Shown here: positions 12,268-21,130 of the stretch, one piece after another
How positions within the stretch are numbered: position 1 is the stretch's first letter
Layout: every line of letters begins with the position of its first letter
NCBI GenBank assembly: GCA_043228905.1
Contig: JBHGNT010000005.1
Location: forward strand, 11,966,001 to 12,030,000
From: Azolla caroliniana
Lineage: Eukaryota > Plantae > Polypodiophyta
Length of the DNA: 64,000 nucleotides
Direction of reading: 5' to 3'
Program-made: the position numbers and the translations under genes
Notes under the pieces: generated by a model
What the model saw: only the letters and a program-made list of their open reading frames with translations
The model's database searches: none
What the model was told of the DNA's origin: nothing

Positions 12268-15200
12268 ATGGCCACTGTTAGCGCTCAAGAATATCAATCC
12301 GTTTTCTCAGAGCTACAATGCTTGAAAGAGAAGTTCCTTGCATTGGAACAAGAAAATCAACGGTTGTTGGGGAATCTTCAACAAATCTCCTTAGAAAAGC
12401 AGCAGACACAACAACAACATGGGGAACTAGTGGTACACGTGCAACAACTCGAAGCAACCTTAATAGCGATGCAACAACAAGGACCCAGTATGCAAGGGAT
12501 TCATAAAGAACCCAAGATCGGCCTTCCCATGAAATTCGATGGAACGCGATCATAGTTTAGAAGATTCCTTAATCGGGTACGATTAGTCATTCAAATGCAT
12601 CCTTCTCGATATCCCACTGATGTATCACGAGTGGGACTAGTAGGCACTCTACTTAGTGGCACAGCTTTCACATGGTTCGTCCCCATATTAGAAAAAAGCT
12701 CTCCCTTGTTAAATAATTTCGAAGAGTTTATTACCGAGTTTAAAGCCTGTTTTGGAGATACTGACTGTGTTAGAACAACAATCAACAAAATCCGAAGATT
12801 GCACCAAGGTGAGCGGTCAGCCCGTTTATGTTGTGGATTTCCGTCTTCTCACCACCGATATTCCTTGGGATGACTAGGCACTAATGGAGCAATTTCGTTT
12901 TGGCCTACTTAATGATGTTAAAGATTTACTCTTAACTTTCCCCGAGGAACCAAAGTCATTGACAGAAGCAATCAGTCGTGCAGTGCAATGCGATAATCCC
13001 CTCTTTGAACGACGTTTGGAACGTCAGTTCCAAATGCCACAGACAAGATCGGAGCCCACCTACGCTTCAATCGTAGCAAAGCCTTTCCCAAGGGAGTCTT
13101 TCAATACGTCTCCAACAAATATTCCGACTCTAATGGAAATCGACACCACACGTCGCCGCGGACCTCTATCGGAAGAAGAAAAGCAGCGACGCAGGGCAAA
13201 TCGATTATGTCTTTATTGCGGTGGACCAGGGCATATTGCAGTGAACTGCCCCCATCAGCCGAAAAGGCAAGTAAATCAAATAACTAGTAGTACTAATAGT
13301 ACTAAACCCGAGTCTATTCCTCTAGGTGTGTTTGATACTCCTAATAGTCCAAGCCTGTCAAACAAATTTGAAATCCTTAGTCAACTAGAAGAAGATTTAA
13401 ACGATTAAGTCCAACCAAAATAGGAGTCGTTTGGTTGGACGGCCCTAGATCTGTGCAGCCCATTAGTGGTTCCATTTCCTCTAAGCAAGTTAGCAATGTG
13501 TTCTTAGCTCAAGTAATGGTTAGTACTAAAAATACTCCTCTAGTACATGTCTTGGCACTCTAAGATTCCGGAGCCAACTCTTACTTCATGGATAGGAATT
13601 TTGCCCAAGCTCATCATATATCCCTAAAGAAACTCCCATGTCCAGCCTCTGTAGTATTCATTGATGGTCGTCCCATTGCTTCCGGGAATATTATAGAAGA
13701 GTCAGAACCCGTTAATATTGTCCTAGATAACTTAGCGTGTGTAGTATCATTTAATATAATTAGCACCCCAGAACATCCCATTGTTTTGGGATTACCATGG
13801 TTCGAATTACATAACCCAACCATAGATTGGAGAACAAGAGAAATACGGTGTCGACAAACCCGAGGATCTACTCATAAGATTGTAACCATTTTGCTACATC
13901 AATTGCGTGAGGAAGGACGCAAGGAAGAAATGTTTCTCTTCGCAATATCAGTAAACTCCTCCATTATCAATAAAGAGGAGTCCATCGTTCAACTTCCAGA
14001 GAAGTATTGTCATTATGTCGATGTGTTCGATAAAGTACGAGCTAATATGCTTCCTCACCATCGACCGTATGATTGCCCCATTGATTTACAACCAGGAAAA
14101 GAGCCACCATGGGGAACGATCTACAATTTGTCACCAACCGAGCTAGAAGTCCTTCGAGCCTATATAAAGGAGAATTTGGCAAATGGTTTCATCAAGAAAA
14201 AGGATGGATCATTTCGTCTCGTCGTAGATTACCGTGGGTTGAATAAAGTCACCATCAGGAATAGGTATGCACTTCCTCTTATCTCAAGTATTTTAGAACG
14301 GATCAATGGTGCAAGGTTCTTCACAAAGATCGACTTACGAGGAGCGTATAACCTTGTACGGATCCGACCAAGAGATGAATGGAAGATTGCGTTTCGCACC
14401 AGATATGGGCACTTCGAGTATACGGTTATGTCATTCGGCCTCACTAATGTGCCAGCAGTCTTCCAACACATGGCAAATGATATATTCCAAGATCTCTTGG
14501 ATGAGTTTTTGATCATCTATTTGGATGACCTACTGGTTTATTCGAAGACCCAAGAAGAGCATGATTCTCATGTACGGTTAGTACTAAAATGACTTTGAGA
14601 ACATAATCTTTATGCAAAACTGGAAAAATGTAGTTTCGTGTGCAACCAGGTAGAATTTTTGGGCTATGTCATTTCCTCAGAAGGCATCTCCATGGATCCA
14701 TCTAAGGTCAAAATGGTGGTAGAGTGGCAGACTCTGTGTTCGTTGCGAGATGTGCAATGCTTTTTAGGCTTTGCCAATTTTTACCGCAAGTTCATACATA
14801 AATACTCAAAGCTTGGTCTACCTCTCACACAACTTACCAGGAAGGGAAAATCGTTTGTTTGGTCTCAAGAAGCGGACATTGCTTTTTAGAGTCTTAAGAA
14901 GGCATTTACATCAGCGCCTATTTTAGCTCATGTTGATCCAGAAAAACCATTCATCATTGAAGTAGACACGTCGGATTTCGCCTTGGGTAGCATTCTGTCT
15001 CAACAAGGTGATGATGAAAAGCTACATCTTGTAGCTTTCCATTCACGCAAGTTTGACGCCGCAGAAATCAACTATGAAATTCATGATAAGGAGCTATTAG
15101 CAATAATGGACTCTTTTATGCAATCGAGGCATTTTCTAGAGGGGTCTTCTCATCAAGTCATCGTATTCAGTAATCACAAAAACCTTGCCTACTTTCATAA

Positions 15201-16951
15201 TGATCGTGTGTTAAATCGACGTCAAGCTCAGTGGGCCTAATTCCTCACTCGTTTCGACTTCAAAATTACATATCGTCCAGGGAAGCAACAAGGGAAGGCA
15301 GATACATTATCACGGTGTTCGTATCTAGCACCACGTCCCAGAGAGTCGGCTTTCGATAACCAAAAGCAAGTAATCTTGGGACCGGCACGACTACAAGCAA
15401 CACAGGTCTTCGGTATGCCCTTGGATTCCCACGTTATCGATACCATACGTGAGGACTTGAAGACAGATGTTTTCGCTCAAGCCATTCTAGCCCAAATTGA
15501 TCCCTCTCGAGCATCTTGTTCACAGTCGCAACAACCAGGTACGGACTATCGACAATTCGAATGTCATGATGGATTATTATTCTTTAAGAAACTCTTGTAT
15601 GTTCCTAATGGTACTTGTCGCCTTCAAGTAGTCCAAAACTATCATGACACATATACAATTGGTTCATTTTGGTAGTACTAAAACACTAGATTTAGTACAA
15701 TGATCCTTCTGGTGGCCCCATATGCGACAATTTGTCAAAGATTTTGTTCGGACTTGTGATACATGTTGTAGAGCAAAAATGCCAAGGCATCATCCATATG
15801 GTTTATTAGAACCATTACCAATTCCAAGAAAACCATGAAAATCCATTGCCCTAGATTTCCTCACAGATCTTCCAGTCTCTAAAGGATTTGATGTGATCTT
15901 AACAGTAGTAGATCGATATACGAAGATGGCCCATTTCCTGCCATGTACTAAGGAAATCTCCAGTGAAGAAACCGTCGAAATTGTCATGTGTGAAGTATGT
16001 CGGCATCATGGCCTTCCCAATAGTATCATCAACGACCGTGGACCCCAGTTCGTCTCAAAGTTCTGGAAGCATCTCTTTAAAATGCTTAAGGTCACTTGTA
16101 AACTCTCCTCCGGCTACCATTCGCAAACAGACCGCCAAGCAGAACGAACAAATCAAATGTTGGAGCGGTATCTTCAGTGCTTTATAAGCTATCATCAAGA
16201 TGACTGGGCAGATATTCTTCACTTCGCTGAATTTGTGTATAATAACTCTGTCCACTCATCAACAAAGGTGACACCATTTTATGCTTACAAGGGTTGTCAC
16301 CCCCGATGGTGTGTATTTGAAACCCCAGAGTTACCCACAAATCCTTGTGCAGAGGATCGTTTGGAGCGGCTACGTAAGATACAAGAGGATTTATCTACTC
16401 ATCTACATCAAGCTCAACAAACACACAAGGTTTACACGGATCTTCATCGGTTTCCATCCAGTTTTGACATTTGAGATCAGGTGTGGCTACTACGACGACA
16501 CATCAAGACTACTCGCCCATGCAAGAAGTTGGATTACCGGCGATTAGGTCCTTTCTATATTATCGGAAAAATTAATGATGTCGCTTTTCATCTCGATCTA
16601 CCTCCAAAACTTCGGATACATCCGGTGTTTCATAGTTCTCTCCTCGAACCCTATCAAGACAACACCATCCCAGGTCCTATTAAACAACCTCCACCCCCGA
16701 ACAAGCTTGAAGATGGACCTCAATACGAGGTTGCCGCCATCCTCAATTCCAAGATTGTTCACAACAAGCTCTACTATTTAGTTGATTGGCTAGGATATAG
16801 TCCCAGCGACCGTACTTGGGAACCAATAGAGAATGTGACCAATGCTCATGCTCTTCTTGAAGACTTCCATCGTCAATATCCAGATAAACCGGGTCCTCAA
16901 TCCAAAATGGCTCGTGCCACTCGTCGTTTTAAAAGGGGTATAGTGTCATGA
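12268..16951 (+). pseudogene. Disrupted gag-pol of the chromovirus (gag 12268-13408; pol in the -1 frame from about 13396 to 16951)
   Basis: Colinear ORF fragments in the provided track, several premature stops, and a short in-frame deletion in RT (ENLANGFI^KKKDGS). Confidence 0.85.
13396..13448 (+). promoter_or_regulatory. Putative -1 programmed ribosomal frameshift signal
   Basis: T TTA AAC in the gag frame, a 6-nt spacer, then a perfect 11-bp stem GTCCAACCAAA/TTTGGTTGGAC. Pol is open in the -1 frame. Conserved in the paralog at 10721-10772. Confidence 0.8.
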
Positions 16952-17238
16952 TATGGCAAGACTCAAACCCATGACCTTATGTTACATGGGTCAAGCTCTT
17001 GACTATTAGACTATATGTTGTAATACAAAGAATATTATTTTCATTTAAGTTTTACTATAGAAAATTGATCTATATTCCAGATTTCTCTGGAACATTCTAG
17101 AAACTTCAGGAGTACTCCTAAGAACACTATAAAAGGAGGCACAAGGCATTATTTCGAACCAAATCGGTTCAATGCCAGTCTTAAGCCTCCTAGCTACTCT
17201 TGTATATTCCCTTAACATAATATATATCTTTTGTTATC

Positions 17239-17283
<45 letters not shown>

Positions 17284-17368
17284 TCTCTCGAGAGTTCTAC
17301 ACCTCCCTTAGTACTAATCCTCATCCTTTAGTACTAATTCCTTCTCTGTTTTAGTATTGTTCCTGACA
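16944..17368 (+). repeat. 3' LTR of the chromovirus (a second LTR-end-like copy extends to 17399)
   Basis: TGTCA...TGACA termini, TATAAAA at 17128, (CT)n in U5; homologous to the reverse complement of 11985-12178. Confidence 0.85.
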
Positions 17369-17399
17369 GTACTTGTCTATCTTAGTACTGCTCCTGACA

Positions 17400-20300
17400 A
17401 ATGCTTTCTTTGCTCCATTTGTCCGGATGTCAAGCGACGAGACCTTCGAACTCATTATTGAGGGAGTGAGTTGACTCGTCGATTGGATCTTCGTCTTAGG
17501 CAATCTTGGCCTTCCCTTTGTTGAGTTTCGGACTCGGCCAAGATGTGCTTTGGTCACTCGGGGGCTCCCATGGTCCACTAATCCTTGTCGTAATGGGACT
17601 TTCTTCGAACATGTGTCCGAATCGAAATTCATCTTCTATCTCTCATTCGGCCGATTCTGGGTCGATTGAAGTAGAAATCGGAGTCGTCTCTGGACGGTAC
17701 AAGGATGTCGACTCGTCGAAAACAACATCTCGACTTACTTGAGCTTTTCAGGTAGATGGGTTGTAGCATTTGTACCCCTTCTATTGAAGCAAGTACCCTA
17801 CAAGGATACATTTCTCCGACTTCGGGTCGAGCATTTGTCGCATCTCGTCAAGAATATGTACATAGGCGATTGAGCCAAAAATCCAAACATGTGATAAATC
17901 TGGCTTCTTTCCAAAAAACCTCTCATGAGGGGTTACATCGTGTCCCCTAGAGGTTGTACACCTATTCATGAGATATACGGCCATGTTCGCCGCTTCTGCC
18001 CAGTACGACTTTGGCAGGTTCTTCTCATTCATCATTGCCCGTGCATCCTCTACTATGTGCCGATTCTTCCATTCGGCTACACCATTTCGCTGAGGTGTAT
18101 GTCGGCACGAGAATTTTCGTCGTATTCCTTCCTTTCGGAGATGTGTTGTAAACTCGTCTGAGAAATATTCTTTGCCTCCATTTGATCGAAGGCAGCGTTG
18201 TCGTAGTGTATTTCGTACACTACGTGAAAAAGTAAAAATAATATAACTGATTTAATTACATATAAATAAATAAAATAAGAATATCAAAATATTTATCACG
18301 TGCATAGGGTAGGATTCAAACCCTGTACCTCCACGTAGCCAAACCTCAACTTTACCATTATGCTACCTTATCTTCAATGTTCTACAGATTTAATAACTAT
18401 AAGTGCTTTATTTGCGCCTACCTTTATTAAAAGGTAAATCATGCATTTTTAGAGTGCGTGAATATTTTATAGAAAAACGCAAGCAACTAAAAAGTGACTC
18501 ATGCACATCTAGCGTGCATGAGCACTATATTTAGCAAATAAAAGCAAGGATTAGAAAAGCATCACATGCACATTTAGTGTGCATGAACATATTAGAAAAA
18601 AGCATATAGCTATGCTTAGTCTCTCCCATCACTATATAAGGATGGGGAGCACAATGTAATAGGTGTGTGAAATATTTGGAAATTGGATATATTTACGAAA
18701 ACACCAACCGATTAATATAATCGTGGGATTCACGAAAATAATATAATCTATACTTGTGGGATTCACAAGTTTCTTATATCTTTCTTTCAATCTAAATACA
18801 TATTCTTATCTAAATATTGATTAATCGAATACAATACACTCGTGGGATTCACGAAATTTCTATCTCTCTTTCTAATAATCTATTCACTACTAGCCTCATC
18901 TCATATTCTTCTTTCTCCTAGTCCAAAACCTCAGTGGTTCCCACCCGACTCACGCAACGATCCGGCGCCGAAAGGCGCGACAGCGTATGTGTGAACCCGT
19001 GGCTTTTTCGACTTCATTTTTGAATCTTTGGAAGTGGCCGAACACTTCGCTCTTTTGTTTCATCAGGTAGAGTCAGGTATGCTTGGAGAAGTCGTCGATG
19101 AACGTGACATAATATCGGCAACCACCGAATGTTGTCGTTGGGGCTGGTCCCCACACATCTAAATGCACTACATCTAGCATCTCTTTACTCACATTCCTCT
19201 CTTTCGGGAATGGATGTCGGCGTTGTTTTCCAAACTGGCACGCCTTGCATGCACGCATAATCTCCTTCTCAATAAAGTTCGGGAGTCTGATTACAACTCC
19301 TTTCGATTGCATGTTCTGGAGCTTTTGGAGATTAATGTGACCAATTCGCTTGTGCCACAGTTTCAAGTCGGTTTCGACTTTAAGGCCTTTCGCGAACATA
19401 GCCGATTTCACCTCTTTTGATTCGAGAATGAACATTCGGCCTTCTCGGTGACCATGCGCTATAATTTGATCATCCTTTTCAAAGAAGCACCCTTCATTAT
19501 TGAATCATACTTGCATACCTTGTTCGACAATCTGGCCAACCGAGACCAGGTTTTTCGTGATGGTTGGGACATGCAAGATGTTCTTGAGGTAGTTTTGTTT
19601 GCCGTCATTCCTGAATGGAACATTTCCGACATGCCGACTTGGGTGAGTCGTATCATCTCCAGTTTCGACATAGTCGGGTCGATCGGGCTTTCATAATTCT
19701 CGGAACCAATCGTCATGGGACATCATGTGATTGGATGCTCTTGAGTCGACAAACCATATGTTATTTGACAGAGAGGTGCTAGTCAAGGCATGTGCCGACA
19801 TCGAATGTGCTTCATGCCTCATTATGAACATCCCGCCACGATCGTCGTAGTCGGAATTCGAAGCGTAGTTCGTGAGTTGTCGACTAGTCGAAGCCAAGTC
19901 TCGTATCCTTTTTCGGCAATCCTCTTCATAGTGGCCGTGTTTTCCATAGTACCCTTATTCGGTCAAGTTGTTACGATTGCTCGGTCCGGCAGGGTGGCTC
20001 CCCCTTCTGCGAACTCTCTGGGACTATTCCTATCCTCTTGCCATTGGTGGGAGTTACTCTCTTGGGTCGGCCGACCGCATCAGCCTCGTCCGAATCGACC
20101 TCAATTTCCATGGTCAAATCCTCTTCTATCGTCTGACTGTGAGTAGAGCATCTGACCATCAAGCGCATTGTTCCTTTGTCGAACGTGATTTTCTTCGACC
20201 AACAAAATTGATTGAAGGTCGAAAAAGGAAGGTGGGTTCTCCCTTGCGAGAATGGCCGATCTGATCGTGCCGAATTGTGGTGCTAAGCCGTCGAGCCATA

Positions 20301-21130
20301 TTTGCACCATTTTGTCATCGTCGATTATGACATTGATTGATCCGAGGGCATCACACACCGGCAATCCCTCTATTGCATGTTGATTAGCTCCTATCAAAGT
20401 TGGAGCTTTCATGTAGCCGTATTGGCCGTAAAGATCTTCTTGAGATTTCCCCAAGCTTCTTTCGGTGTTTTCGAATCTCGAATATAGACGAGCATGTGGT
20501 CATGGACACATAACGCAAGGCAATACAACACACGGCTCTTGGCCTGCTCCCACGCTAGGTAGTCAGCGTGTGTCGGGTTGGGTTGCGTTTCATGAGCTCC
20601 CTCGATGTAGCTCCAGTAACCTTGTCCAACAAGGTATTGATGCATCTTGTACTCCCAAGATGCAAAGTTTGTTCTATCGAGCTTCTCGGTGGGAAGAGCA
20701 CTTCCCATCTGGGTGTTCATTGTCGAACTTCTTCTACTCATCATGCGAGTTGTGCAGAAATCGTTGCTACAACGATCAGTTGGTTCTCTACGAGTTTGAG
20801 CACAAAACACATAAAGGCGATGGGCTTGGATCAAGCTACCATGCGCTCTGATACCATGTAAAGAATCGAGGGTGATTCTTTGTAGCGGAAGGTTTGTGTG
20901 TGTGTGTGTGTGTGTGTACACAAGAGAGAATGAGAGAGAAAGAAAGAGAGAGAGTTCTAAACAAGAAACTATGTATTGCATCCAACAGTAACTAAGTTAC
21001 AAAAGGTTGGTTTAAATACCAACTAGTCTAGGGCAAATGCCCTTTCTACTAGTTACAAAAATGTCCTAGTAAGTTGTCCACCGACTAGTGTAAACACTAT
21101 TCCTATGGGAAGTTGAGTTCGATTCCAACA
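17400..21130 (-). mobile_element. 3'-truncated Ty1/copia element: 5' LTR 20857-21130, tRNA-iMet PBS 20845-20856, gag, protease, integrase
   Basis: PBS TGGTATCAGAGC. Gag KLDRTNFASWEYKM. Protease WFVDSRASNHM. GAG-pre-integrase LWHKRIGH. Integrase VHLDVWGP..YYVTFIDDFS and WAEAANMAVYL. Confidence 0.88.
18199..18982 (+). mobile_element. Solo LTR (784 bp) with a 4-bp TSD inside the copia integrase
   Basis: TGTCG...CGACA termini; GCGT duplicated at 18195-18198 and 18983-18986. Excision restores HIRCLRS. TATATAA near 18633. Confidence 0.85.

Larger units (their letters stand above)
12172..17368 (+). mobile_element. Tcn1/Tf1-sushi-like chromovirus (Ty3/gypsy): gag, protease, RT, RNase H, integrase, chromodomain, 3' LTR; no normal 5' LTR; degenerate
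   Basis: Gag from 12268 with CLYCGGPGHIAVNCP. Protease DSGA. RT DLRGAYNLVRI and YLDD. RNase H YEIHDKELLAI. Integrase VVDRYTKMAHF and DRGPQF. GPY/F-like LGPF motif. Chromodomain YEVAAIL..YLVDWLGYSPSDRTWEP. PPT AAAAGGGG at 16931. Confidence 0.92.

Noticed and set aside
18307-18367. Bona fide tRNA gene
   Set aside because: The A and B boxes are present, but acceptor and anticodon stems cannot be formed. It is reported only as tRNA-like.
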